Under the pieces are notes generated by a model, which saw nothing but the letters and a program-made list of their open reading frames with translations, made no database searches and was not told where the DNA came from. 64,000 nucleotides of DNA from Bugula neritina (taxonomy: Eukaryota > Animalia > Bryozoa). Below, one piece after another: positions 11,601 to 25,200 of the stretch (positions within the stretch are counted from its first letter, which is position 1; every line of letters starts with the position of its first letter). Made by a program: the position numbers and the translations under genes. Location: the NCBI GenBank assembly GCA_964035545.1, contig OZ037766.1:6314722-6378721 (forward strand), given 5' to 3'.

Positions 11601-14600
11601 AATAAATTTGATCAGTAAATTTTATTAGAATAAAAGTTCAGTGCTGGTTATTAATTTACTGAAATCAAATGGTAAGCATTGCACGGAGAATTAGGTATTC
11701 TCACATATTCTGATAAATGAGCATTTAGTAGAGAGGAAAATATAAGGGCTGCATAAATGAATAAAAACAAAATAATATATTCTAAACTTTAGAATATAAT
11801 ATTTTGTTTTTATTCTAAAGTATCAATGATGAATGTATGACGAGAAACTATAGTCATATGACAGCTTCTATGAGGTTATCAAAAATAATGCTGCCATGGC
11901 ATATGAGATTTAACAGAGAGGAATTTTCTAGCAATAACACACTGCATATTATATGCTATTCATCAAAATCAGTGTATTATAATTAACAAGATATTTATAC
12001 AACTTTTGTGCTGTTTTTAGAGCCTATTGATTGAATGAGTCATGTTATCAAGGACTGGACTTAAAAATCAGCTTATTTGAACTAAATAAACCAACCTGAG
12101 TCATGATTCACTTGTACAGAGTTTTATCAAAAGCACTTTTAAAGATATGTGTACTATTTACAGATATTCCAATGTATACTGTGCAATATGCAATGATGTC
12201 AAAAAAATCCGTTATTGGAGAGTAGACGTGGGTTGCATTCAGGTGGCTAATGACAAGTGCAATTATGCTTCAGAATCAGTCAGCCGAGAAATTCCCTTTC
12301 TTTCTAATATATTCCGGAAGAATCCAACTGTAACAGAACTAAAACACAGAGAGTGAGTTATTTTTAAATTAAATGGATGAGTATAATATAATTTAGTTTG
12401 TTCATACTGACTCCACCACATGCAGTAATAAAGTTAAGGTGTCTATGGGCCATCAGGTACTGTGATTCTCCTACAACTAGCTTTGACGAACTTCGTAATA
12501 TGAGACAATGATTATTTTCTGCAGCCACTTTTTGTCTAATAAGACTTAAAAGTAACTTCAGTCCATAATGTAACTATACATGTGTATTACCTGATATAAA
12601 TACAGACCAATAAGCTTATACTTGTTGCCACTTGAATGCACTTGTTGTCAGTAGTTGTGAATAACTGTTCTGTGACACTAAACTAAATGTTGTTTTTAAT
12701 CTATGGTTGCAGATGCAAGATAAAGCAGTATTTACCTCCATTAGAGCTGGTAGATTCAGTACGAAGGTGCAAATTTGATGCAGTAAACTATGTAGCTTCA
12801 TGTCCTAAACACGCTAAACATTGGAATATATCGGACATGTGTTCTAATGGCTCCGCCTCCTTTGTATATGGTGTTGGAGAATTGAGAAATCTGGTGAATA
12901 AATCTTACTCCTTTCCAGTCAAAAGCATTGTCCTTAGTAACGAGACACATATCTTAAGTTATGGCCAAAAGAATAAATATAGGAACAGTTACTGTGCTAG
13001 TTGTAATGGTGTGGCCTGGCTTGGATGTGATGCAAAACCAAATTATGTTGTTACTGGAGCGTCAGAACTTGCATTTAAAAGATGGTTAAGGTATGAGAAG
13101 GATGTGATGAAGTTTTTGTTTCTATACGAAATAGATTTGAATGAGCGAACATGTAACATGAATTCGGATGCTGTGCTGCTATGCAGTGATTTCAACACAA
13201 CTCAAGACACTTGTTTAAACATAAGTCACCACCTTAAACAGTGTAACTGTTCCAGCATACTAGACTTGGAGTCGGAAACCTGCATCCCAACACCGTTTGT
13301 AAATGACAAGTGCAGAGAGAGTAGATATGAACCAGAAATATTCAAAGTTACAAATCATGGGAGAAAGCACTGTGGAAACAACTCTGAATATTTACCATTG
13401 TCTACCAGAAGTGCAGTTGATAAATGTTTTCAGTGTTCCCTGAATGTAACTGGTGATGCTTGTCAGTGTGAATATCAGCAATTCACTGGTAGTTCTGGTG
13501 CAGCTGCAAACTCTGTAAACAATGTGCATTGTGCTGCAAATAATTTGATTAGATGTAATGTATCCGATATAGATGATTCCTATTGCACGAATAGAACTTT
13601 TGTCTCTGGGTCATCTTCTGCAACATCAAAATTTCAATTTAGTATAATTCCAAATATTTCTCTGCCTAACTTCATAGCAATTTCATACGAACCAACCAAA
13701 TTTGATTTTGAAGTTCAGCTGGAAAAATTGGCTTCACTTGGAGTGGAACTTCTGCTTTCAACATTTCATAATGACAGTTTAAGCAGTCAATGCGCGGAAA
13801 ACTCACTAACAAGTAATCAAAGTAGTTGGTTAATCTGCAGAAATGGTGAGTTACAGAGAGCCTCAGATCAAACTCTTTATGATGACTACTTATTGTGGAA
13901 TGATGAGATACGAGTTTGCACCGAAACTGCTGTACCGGAATTTGTTCCCACAACTCACCGCTACGTCTTTTCTCCGTTACACGAATACATCTTTTCTTCG
14001 CTATCTATTTTGTTCATCTTGATCTACATCATTTATTATTTCGCAAAATTACAAAGGACTCTGACAGGGGACTTTGTAGTAAGTTCTATGATAACAGTGA
14101 TGTGTGAATTAGTGTTTTACTGCCTTGTCAAGGGGAAGCACTCTTTTATATCTTGTCGGATCATTGCTTCCTGCACTCAGTACTTCCTTATTGCTGTATA
14201 TGCCTGGACAAATGCTATTGGAATTTTAATGATAAAAGGCATTTCTTCTCTTAAACTTGCCAGTCAATCTAGTTGGAAAAAGTATGTTTATTATGCTGCA
14301 TATGCCTGGCTCACTCCACTCATATTTGTAATAATTGCCCACTCTCTTGATGCAGCTAAACCTCACAACCTATACCCAGTGTTTTTCGATCAATTTTGCT
14401 TTATTGCTCGTGGAGGGATAAGACTATTAGTTGTCACTGGACCCATATATTTATTAGTGGTGATAAACATTACCATGTGCATTATAGCAAGTGTCATTGT
14501 AGTAAGGTCAGGAAATAAAATAGCAGTTGATGACAAAAAAAGAACCCTGAAGAAAGTGATTACAATTGTTAAACTCCAAGTAGTTTTTGGATTTCACTGG

Positions 14601-14795
14601 TTTATTCTACCCTTTGCTCATATCAAAGGTCCGCACCAGACTCGCATATGGGCTGCTATCAATGCATTTGGGACACTACAAGGAGTCATAGCAGTGCTAG
14701 CCCAGTTGGTTACTTTTGCAAACATTAGAAAATTTTTGAAATGGTTTAAATCAAAGGATAGACATCCTAGCCCAAAGAATTCACAGATTGCCTAA
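8225..14795 (+). CDS. Gene B: intact SMB/cysteine-module class-B-like GPCR, ~1340 aa
   Basis: Exons 8225-8633, 9285-9549, 10462-11538, 12164-12352, 12713-14795 = 4023 nt, in frame. 7TM motifs CRIIASCTQYF..W, YAAYAWLTP, CFI, GPIYLL...N, KLQ..FG..W, TLQG. Confidence 0.92.
8896..9213. mobile_element. hAT-type MITE in gene B intron 1
   Basis: Ends CAGGGTGTCCAAC...GTTGTGCAGTCCTG; 8-bp TSD tactgcac/tactacac; empty site (single tactacac) in gene F intron 1. Confidence 0.8.
9285..9549 (+). CDS. Gene B exon 2
   Basis: tttgtag|AT TTA ... AAA GA|gtgagt. Confidence 0.9.
10462..11538 (+). CDS. Gene B exon 3
   Basis: ctgtag|A TCT TGC ... TTA AG|gtatgt; contains SMB-like CYCDKHCRYFNDCCED. Confidence 0.9.
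12164..12352 (+). CDS. Gene B exon 4
   Basis: ttacag|A TAT TCC ... AGA GA|gtgagt. Confidence 0.9.
12713..14795 (+). CDS. Gene B exon 5 (module 4, stalk, 7TM)
   Basis: ttgcag|A TGC AAG; ORF track 12687..14795; seven hydrophobic segments. Confidence 0.92.
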
Positions 14796-15457
14796 AACAA
14801 AAGTGTTTGAAATCAGCTTCAAAAATTAGCAGAGACCTTTGTGGGCACAAAAAAAATAAATAAAATATACAAACTTGTACTGCTTTTATACAATAATAAT
14901 CTACAATGAGTGCTCAATTTGTAATTAACTCTTTGGTTATTGCAATTTTATGCATGTTTATAAAACAGAAATGTGTTTGAAGTATCACCTAATATTCAAT
15001 ATTTTAGTATGTCATTTGTGTGTAACAAAACAGCAGTATAGAATTGTAATTCAGTGGGTATATTGTCTTTTATATATTATAGTGAGTAAGTCAATATTGT
15101 CTCTGCTTTAATTTTACAATTTTCTACAGTATACTACAGTTTATAAAGATACACAACAGCTATAACCACATTATTGACTAATTATTTAGGTTCCCACTTA
15201 GTATTTTATTGTTTACCAAATTTTATATAGTTTGCCTTCAAACAAAAGGTAAACATATTTTTTACTAGCAATTTTCTTTAACCTTATATAAATGTTTGTT
15301 CATTCATATTTATTTATATATTTATAAAATGAATGATTTATTTAAAAATAGTCTTTAACCAGTTTGAATTACAGTAGTTTATTCAATATGTTTCACTTTT
15401 CTGTAAGACGTAATATTATATTGTAGTATATTTTAAATTATATAAATATATAAAAAT

Positions 15458-15661
15458 GACTCATGCAAGTTTACAGTCACTATCTTTGCACATAGGAACC
15501 TTTGATGGAAGGGTTTTTTAATGAGAGTTAAGGAGTTATGTGGCACAGGAGTGAGTATGACTGGATGCTCTTCCTCATCACCATAGACTTTTACTGGGGT
15601 TCGAACCCTTAACTTCGTGTTTGCGAAGCCAAACACTATTCCTTAGACCACAGCCGCTCCC
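15458..15661 (-). mobile_element. tRNA-derived SINE-like element
   Basis: Minus strand GGGAGCGGCTGTGGTCTAAGG (A box) ... GGGTTCGAACCC (B box) followed by non-tRNA body; related copies at ~26843, ~36403, ~51743. Confidence 0.65.
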
Positions 15662-16169
15662 TAAATCATATAGATAGATAGTATTTTTGAATACAATTAT
15701 AAGTTATCGTGGTTGTTTATATAGCTCACCTAATCTTTTAATTGTCACTTTCATAAGCAATTTGAAAGATATATTTCATATTACCATGGTAGCCACTAAA
15801 ATGTGTCCTAATGATACATGGCTAGTCTATGTGCTGCTGTTTGTCTATAATGTCATGGCTCAGCCACCTCAGTGATAATAAATTATTAAATCATATTATG
15901 AAATACTTTATATAACTGAATATATGGGTAAAGCATTAAAAAATTGAGTCTAAATGTAACAGCTACTATCAATAGTACAAAACTCTTGCGAAGCACCACC
16001 AAGTATTATATATAACTACTTATTTGATCAATTAATGCATAGAAATAGCTCTTTGCAGTATGCTGGCATTATCTCTGTGCATCTCTTCAGGATTCTGATT
16101 ACAATATTAACTTGCATAGTATGTGCCTTCTGTTGTTACTTTATCTATCTTGTATAACAATAAAACCAA

Positions 16170-16280
<111 letters not shown>

Positions 16281-18844
16281 AGAGTTAGAGTGTGAGTGCA
16301 GACAAACAAATTAAAAATCTAGTTGCAAAATTTCAGCAACAACCCAATAGAAATATATGATGGGACAGTTGTGTGTGTATAGCACATATTCATAACAGAG
16401 TAGAGTGATTTATTAACCCATTGCAGCAGAGTGATTTATTTATTGAACTTTAACCTTTTGATCCACACACATAGTATCATTGAATGGGAGTACTTCTGAT
16501 CCATTCCAGTGCATAGCTTGTAGAAAAGAGAACTCCTAAGTGGTAATCATAAATATATAAGACAACTCTAAATTATGAACATGCAGTAGCGTCGGTAATG
16601 CAATATTATATTGAGACTCAAATGGGGTAGCAGTTTATTGTATGTACAAAGCAAAATATTTAGTAGTAACAGCAACAGCAGAAATATGCATTTGTTTGCA
16701 TTTACCAGGTTGCACCTATTTGAGTCCCGCACTACATCCGACATGCATCTATTTAGAGCCATAGTTCAACAGGCCAGCTCAATTGTAAAATTTCATCCAA
16801 TAAAAAATTACCTTTCAAGTATATAAATAAAGAATTCTGCTTGTAGGGTAGTCTACTGCAAATAATCTTTACATATACCTTGCCTAGAGAGCTGCAAGAG
16901 AAGCTGTTATTATTGGACGGAGGAATAGGCTACCATAAGAATTTTCGTTCATCTGTTACTGGTATTAGGGCAGTGAGGTCACCTTGTATATACAAAGCAA
17001 CTCTATTGTTTTGACCTGCTGATAGACCAATTCCTGATATATAATAGTAACTTCTACTATAAAAACACCTTCCAGTAGTTGTCATGGTAACATGGGATAA
17101 TCCTCTTCTTATGTATATTAATACTAAAACTTTGTTAAACCTTGAAATAATTACTTTGTTTTTTTCAAGTGTTTCCTACTTTTATTAAATTAATAAAGAT
17201 TAGTTTTTAGTCTGCATTGCAGCATCTATAAACAAATGGAGAGCTGCAGTAAGATACTTGATTAATTTTTATTAGCACAAAGTTCCCAAGTTCCCAAGCA
17301 AATGAAGTTTCAAAATGCTGTTGGTATGATTTGATACTTGATCCGTAATGTTTCAAGGGACCAATAATATCTTTACAAAACTTTCTATGATTATATTCCT
17401 ACAGATTAGTTGACTCTGTCTTGATATTGCAGAAACAGGTGATTTCCATGCGGCCTAAATTAAGCAAATTGATATGCTTTTTGTTTGTCTTCAAACACAC
17501 TCATGCAACTCCATTTATAAGACGATTGACAAAAACAGAATTGCTGTTCTAGTTATGGTAAATTGTACCATCACAGCGCCATATAGTAAACATTCAGAAT
17601 AATAAATTGCAAATAATCATTGCTTTAGAACTGCTCTTTTCTCCAAAAGAAAATTCTTAGTTTGATAATAGCTTAAGATCCTCATCAACAGAAACCCCCC
17701 CCTATGATGAGTATGGCGACTTCTTATAGCTGGTACGAGACTGCTGGTTGTGTATGTATTTCAGGACAAGACATGGAAACTAATACCAGCATATAATCTA
17801 TTATCTCATACACCAAAGTAGGAATGACGGATGTATTGTATTAGCTGAGATATTATACCTGTTTGTGTGTTGCAACACATTACACTATGTACTATGTATA
17901 TATTATATTAAGAGTTAGCAAACCTTACAAATATGTTTTGACTAGTACATTAGCTTCTTCTATTGCAGAGGCCATGAGCTATACAACATTAAGTTCTGTG
18001 TTAAAACTTTTTGAGAGCTTTTTTATAACGCCTAGGGCCTCATCTCGATAGAATTTCTCTTCCTAACTCCATGCTTCTGTGTCATCGTATCCATCCCAAT
18101 GTAACATAAAAGTTTGAAATTCTTTTTTCAAAATTAAGCAGGATATTTTTGCATAAATATCTTAAATTAAAATATAGAAGTATGTCTCTTTCATTTTCAT
18201 TAATATATTCAAAAGGTTCAAGGTTTCTCTCTGTAGACTTGATGGCGTCTATAACTTGTAATATCATATTATGTGTTATAAATTGGGTGTGTGATTATGT
18301 GGTTGTGCTATACTTTCATATTTGTCCCAGCTAGAAACAAAATGCAAACAGAGATACATAAAAATAGCTATAAATACCAACTGAATAACGAATACAGGGT
18401 CTTACAAAGAAACCCAAAATTTGAATTTGAATTGTTTTGAAAGCTTTACCAACTTGTTTAGCTATATTATGTTATACCTAAAGCATTTTACATTATAATG
18501 GGAAATTTTTTGTTATTATTGGGATCACTGTATAAATCACTCTGATTCATGATATTAACTGGAAATAGAAACTGGAAATATGACTGTATTTCTCTTGTGT
18601 AGATCTGCAATAAACCAAATAACAATGCATAACGCTAGCAATGCATCAGTTGTGGACACAATGACACACTTCAGTGGTTGCCATGGTTATATGAGAAAAG
18701 TCTTTAAGGTTAGAGGATAAATGATACCATTGGCTGTCTAATAGATATTTACTACATAAAATAATTACTGCAAGGCGTTAGTAGTTTCCAGTCAACATTA
18801 ATATAAGCTTGCTCAAGGTGAGAAAAAATAAAGTCAATGCTATC

Positions 18845-19250
18845 ATGTCAAGGAAAAATTTGAAAAGATTTACAGCTACAGTAGTACTTTTAATTACTTT
18901 TATAAACAATCTACTAGCACAGGATTCTTCAGCTAACGTAATTTTAGAAAACTTCATGAAATTCAATGGAATACCAACAACGATTTCTCTTGGATTATTA
19001 TCAGAGTCTCAAGATATTGAGGACATAGAACTCGTGAATGGGACATGTTTTCAATACGGGGTGCACTCTTTCAACAGATGTAAGTACTATTCGGACTGCT
19101 GTCTTATGACTTCTGCTAAACCCATGGAGCAGTTGGCTTACAACACATTTTCATGTCATGATAACTTCTACATTGTGGATAAATGTCCCCAGGAAACTCC
19201 AAATAAAGAACTAAAAGCTTTATGTGAAGGTTTCAGCTCTACAGAGTCTG
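18845..19250 (+). CDS. Gene C exon 1
   Basis: atcATGtca start; donor TCT G|gtaagc. Confidence 0.88.
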
Positions 19251-22200
19251 GTAAGCATCAATAAAAAGATTGAGCTTTCACTAACTTACAATTTTTTCTA
19301 TAATACAATAAGACTCTATGTTTTTTAACTTTAATTATACGATTTGGAGAATGTTCAGGCTTTGATATCACATGGTTCTGGTACTCTATGTTGCATAATA
19401 GTAATATGATATCTGCAAAACTTCATAAATTTCTGAGACAAATGAAGAAGAGTGAACTTTAAAAACTGTAAAGCAAGTTTAGCAGAAACAGTATACTATG
19501 CAATACTCATATTTACCATCTTACTAGCTACACAGTTGCATATTATCACATTATTTGTAGATCTATCACTGAAACGTTGGCCAGTACGAGGTCTAGTGAA
19601 TCATCTCACATATAAGAATGTCTTCTGTGCCATGTGTAATGGCGTTGATCCTCAGGCTAGTGTACGATTTTCGGACCAGGTATGGTTTGGTGATCCAAAT
19701 AAGATGAATGATAGTGTGAGTACCATAGAATGGTGGCCAGCAAAGGTAGAGTGTAGTGCTGAGGCTATTGAAGAATATCTCTCTTCAGATACTGACCACA
19801 AAAGCCTAATAACGATTGTAAAAGAGTGAGTATTAAAGAACTAAGATTAATATACCTCAACGTTGTCAACATATACAATTCTAATATGGTAATTGTTTCT
19901 ACAGTGATTTATTTGTATTTTAAGCTTACTCTCTTTCCCTCTTCCCCGCCCCCACCCCACCTCTCTCTCTTTCTCTCTGTCACTGTTTGCTTCTCTCCCG
20001 TGGTTTGGGTAGCAGATTGTGACTGTCATAAAAGCATAATTATTTTTTTTGCAAAAAAGCAATTTGCTAGAATACAAGTATTCTGACATAACTCTGATTC
20101 AGCACATACAGCTAAGTCATTTACCAGTGATAACATGATCATGGTTATTAATGGTCATGGCCGGAATTTGACATGAAATTTCTTTCCCTAAGCTATGACT
20201 TGATTAGTTTAACCAGAATGTAGCTGAACTTGTTGGGGTTTGCTCTAACTCTATATATGAAGGCTGTGACATAAAAATAGATGATGGTAATGCTGCATAA
20301 TGTGATGGGTTTGAAAAGTCATATGTTAATATTCAGCTTTTGTATTCTACTTTCCACAGACTTAATGGTATTATGTTGATTCAATAACTCTATACTCTAT
20401 AGCACTCCTTTTAGTGTTTTTCAGTACTCTGAATAGCTCTCATATAGTTGATCTTCAAATAGGCTTACTTGCTGAATTTAGAGACAGCATTGACCGAATA
20501 ATAGCTCTACAGTGTCCTTAGAGCTATGAAATATAGCATGAATCTATACCTGTAGATTTTACAGACATACCATTATAAAAACTAGGAGACAATGCCAGCA
20601 GTTTTGCTGATGTAATGCTATAATCAATGCCAGAGCACTGCAGTAAAGATGTAAATAACATTCTCAGACAGTTAACCTTCTCAGAAACTGTATAAGCTTG
20701 ACCAGTCTTGTATAATAGGTACTATTCTTTAGGATTTTACATATTGCATTACAATAACACAATTCTAATATAGAATTTAGCATGAAAGTTACAGCTTGAT
20801 GATAAAAGCACATTAAATATGAGTAAAATTATTAACAATTTTTGAGCTTATAATACCATTATTATAACTGCGGTATTGTAGAATGTGCATCATTGTCTTT
20901 ATTCTGTAGATCCTGCAAGACATTATACTTACCACCAGAGTCTCCAGATCTATGTTGGGACGCTGTGAGGACGTGCTCTACTAAGTCCAACAGACAGTTA
21001 AAGACACTTTGTGAGAAAGGACCTGTCAACTACATTAACGTCACAAATTTAGATTTAGTTTATCGAAACCAGTTCTGTGCCTTGTGTCATGGTGTGGATC
21101 TTCTACTAACGGACATTGATTTACCTCAACTGCCAAAGTTGAATGCCTTAACGTTGGAACTGTCTTGGGACAAGAAAAGCAATAAACTTAAAATAAAACA
21201 AGATCAGTCATCACCAGACAACTCCAAAATATTGGTGTTTGCAAGACCAACTATGTTCAACTTGACAGAGTTGTCTAATAACTTTACAAATTTCAAAGTT
21301 GATGAGGATTTTGAGTGCTCTTTCTTTGCAGATCAAACAGCAAGTTTTTGTGAAGAGCGTGTAACACAGCTAAACACCTCTTTTGGAATTAATACCACCA
21401 CCACTGTGCCAGTGTGGAACTTGGGCTCCATGGCTTGTTTTAGCAATGTGAGGAAGATATGTGACCGGTTTCTCATACCTCAAGTTGTCAGTGATGAGTC
21501 GTGCACGGAATCAGGGTGTGGATTTGGGCGCGTTTTTGACCCTGACACTTTGCAGTGCTACAATCTGAACACTTTTGGCTCAGTCAGCAACATAGTCACA
21601 GACAACAGTGACTTGCAGTGGCACTCACACTCAGTATGCGCCTACCAAAGTCAATGTAAAGCTGTAGAGTTGGGAATAAAGAAAGAGCATGAGTTGAATT
21701 GTTATTGTGATAAATACTGTATGTACTTTAATGATTGCTGTGAAGATTCACCGTACCAACCTACCAAACAGACAGTCCTAGAAGATGGGATATTTTCCTG
21801 TGTGTATGACAGATCTGAGTTAAGAAGTGGAGCAGATGATGAGGGCTATTCATGGGGAATAATGCAAGTGGAAGCTTGTCCAAAATCGTACAGCAACAGT
21901 GAAATAAAAGATCTATGTGAAAATCCTCTCAAAGATGAAAAGTTGAGTTACCAAAATATCCCAGTCTCTTCTCTGGATACTGGATTAAGGTAATTTGGTT
22001 TTTTATTATAACATAGACTTATATGAAGTGAGAGTTTATTAAAAAAAATATCAGCAGTAAATGAGAGTCATTTGAGAGGTTGAAGAAGAGGTGATGAAGA
22101 AGAATAATGGTAAGAGCATAAGATATTAAATAGCGAGTGAATTTGCAGCAATTCGGCAGTGCATATTTATGCTATATCAAAATCAGTATAATATAATTAG

Positions 22201-25200
22201 CAACAAAAATTTACCCAGAAATATTCTCATACAAATGTTAATCTCTCTTTTAGAAAAGTTTATTGGAGTAAGTGAGTCACAGTCTCAAGACTTAGCCTAG
22301 GGCCACACGGTGCGTATTTTCGCATGCGAAAATTGAAATCACAAGTAGCAAAGGTGTCCACTGTGCGCGTTGAGAAAACCTTCGCACTTATCGCTCTGCA
22401 TTTTCAACGCAAGTGCGAATCGTCTCTGTCATCGTCACCTAATTGGCTGGTAGCTATTCAGCGAGCCCAATTTCGTTATTTAGTGCTATATTCCAGTAAA
22501 TTGCGTTTTATTGAAAGCGAGTGCGATTTAAAAATGAAAGCTTTATTTATCACGCATCACTGACGCTACAGTGGACACCTTTGCTACTTGTGACTTTAAT
22601 TTTCGCATGCGAAAATACGCACAGTGTGGCCCTAGGCTTACTCACAAACTAGTAGGCTTTTGTAGTGATTGAAACCAGTGAGCCATGACTCACTTGTTAT
22701 TCCTATCAAATGTCATTATGTTTAAAGATATTTGTACTATTTACAGGTATTCCAACCTATACTGTGCAATATGCAATGATGTCAAAGATATCCGTTATTG
22801 GAGGGTAGACGTGGGTTGCATTCATGTGGCTAATGACAAGTGTAATTATGCTCCAGGATCATTCAGCGAAGAAATACTTTTTCTTTCTAATATATTCCGG
22901 AAGAATCCAAACGTAACAGAACTGAAACACAGCAAGTGAGCTATAATTTAGTTTATTCATACTGACTCTCCACAACATGTGGTAGTATAGTCAAGGTGTC
23001 TCTGGTCTATCAGGAACTGGGATTCTCCTACAACTGGCTTTGACTAACTTTATAGTATGTAATAGCTGTTCTGACTGATTAACGTAATAAGAAGTCTTTT
23101 GAGTATCATTAAATTTCCCTCAGTATAATTATTACTATCTCTCAAGTTAAATGGGCAGAGCTGATAAAATGGCTTCAAGTAAATGCATATAAATGGCTTA
23201 GCTAAGCATGTACATCAGTGAGAGTATGTAGATTTTGCTAAAGTTGAGTTCACAAATTTGTATTTAAGTTTGTAGCTTAACAGTTTCATATCAGAGCCTG
23301 ACAAGTTCTCATGCTAAGGATATTTACTAATAATATTGAGCAATTCCGCATGTAGCTCAACTAATTCTAGGTCACAAAGCACTATGAAACATACTAGGAT
23401 AAGTTATAAGTCACTAGCAGTAAGTACTCTGTGTAACTTTAAGCTCTTTTAAAAAGCTGCTTATGCTTATACAAATGCAGAAGTTGAACAAGTTGGGGCA
23501 ATAACACAATGATTATAGGTTCTAGTAAAATTGATTAGATCTGATGTAAAATAGATATAAGAAAGGTCGCACTTTTTTTGCATAAGCATGAAACCTGGTA
23601 AAGCTTTGTAATCAAGCTTCTCTGCCATTTCTCATTTATTTATTTTAAGTAAATAAGTTTTCTTTTGGAAGAAATCAAGTTTCAGATAGGCACTGCTTTT
23701 TGTCATTTCCAGTAGCCAACTTCTGCATTCTTTGTCTATAAGAGTAATTTCAGTCCATAATGCAACTATACCTGCATGTAATAAAACAATAAGACTTGAT
23801 GTAAATATGGACCAATAGGCTACTTTAAATGCATTGTTAATGCTTGAATGCATTTATTGAAAATAGTTGTGCTGGAAAATAAACAAAACTGAATGTTTGA
23901 TTTGTCATACCCTTCATCTATAATTGCAGATGCAAGGTAAAGCAATATTTACCTCCATTAGAGCTGATAGATTCAGTACGAAGGTGCAAATTTGATGCAG
24001 CAAACTATGTAGCTTCATGTCCCAAACATGCTGAGCATCGGAAAATAGCGGACATGTGTTCAAATGGCCCCACCTCCTTTGTATATGATGGTGGGAAATT
24101 GACGAGTCTAGTGCAGAAATCCTACTCTTTTCCAGTCAGCAACATTGGCACTAGTTATGGAACAAGTATTTTGAGCTATGCCCAAGAGAATAAATATAGG
24201 AACAGCTACTGTGCAAGTTGTAATGGCGTTGCCTGGCTTGGATGTGATATAAAACCAAATGTTATTGTTACTGGAACGTCAGAATATGCATTTGATAGAT
24301 GGTTAAGGTACGAGAAGGATGTGATGAAGTTTTTGTTTATATATGAAATAGATCTGAATGATCGGACATGCAACATGAATTCGGATGCTGTGCTGCTATA
24401 CAGTGATTTTAACACAACTCTAGACACTTGCCTAAACATAAGTCATCACCTTAAACAGTGTGATTGTAACAGTATACTAGATTTGGATTCAGAAACCTGC
24501 ATCCCAACACCGTTTGTAAATGGAAAGTGTATGGAAAACAGATATGAACCAGAAACGTTTAAAATCACAAACCATGGAATAAAACATTGCGGAGAAGACT
24601 TTGAATATTTACCTTTGTCTACTCAGGTTGCATTTGGTAAATGTTTTCAGTGTTTCATAAATGTAACAGGTGATGATTGTCAGCATGAGTATGAGCAGTT
24701 CACTGGTAGTCCTGATGTAGTTGCAAACTCTGTGAACAGTGTGCATTGTGCTCTAATTGCTTTGATTAGATGTAATGTATCTGATATAGAAGATTCCTAT
24801 TGTCTAGTAGATTTTGGTCAATTCGGATTATCTTCTGGCACTTTTGGTGAAAAGATAACTCCAAAAATTTCACTGCTAAATTCCTTAGCAATTTCGTATC
24901 AATCAACCAAATTTAATTTTGAAGTCTACTTGGAAAAGACCGCTTCACTTGGCGTGGAACTTCTGTTTTCAACATTTAATAATGACAGTTTAAATAGTCA
25001 GTGCGTAGAGTACTCACTAACAAGTAATCAAAGTAGTTGGTTAATCTGCAGAAATGGTAAATTACAGAGAACCTCTGATCAAGCTCATTACGATGACTAC
25101 TTATTGTGGAACGATGAGATACGAGTCTGCACCGAAACTGCTGTACCGGAATTTGTTCTCGCAACTCACGACTTCGTCTTTTCTTCTTTATCTATTCTGT

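Noticed and set aside
13700-13960. GAIN/GPS autoproteolysis site before TM1
   Set aside because: No C-x-C-x-H-L-T/S motif is present; the stalk ends in ...EIRVC..., so these were not called canonical adhesion GPCRs and no gene symbol was assigned.
15585-15661. tRNA-like sequence with A and B boxes
   Set aside because: No complete cloverleaf or acceptor stem, and it is followed by a non-tRNA body with diverged copies; treated as a SINE head rather than a tRNA gene.
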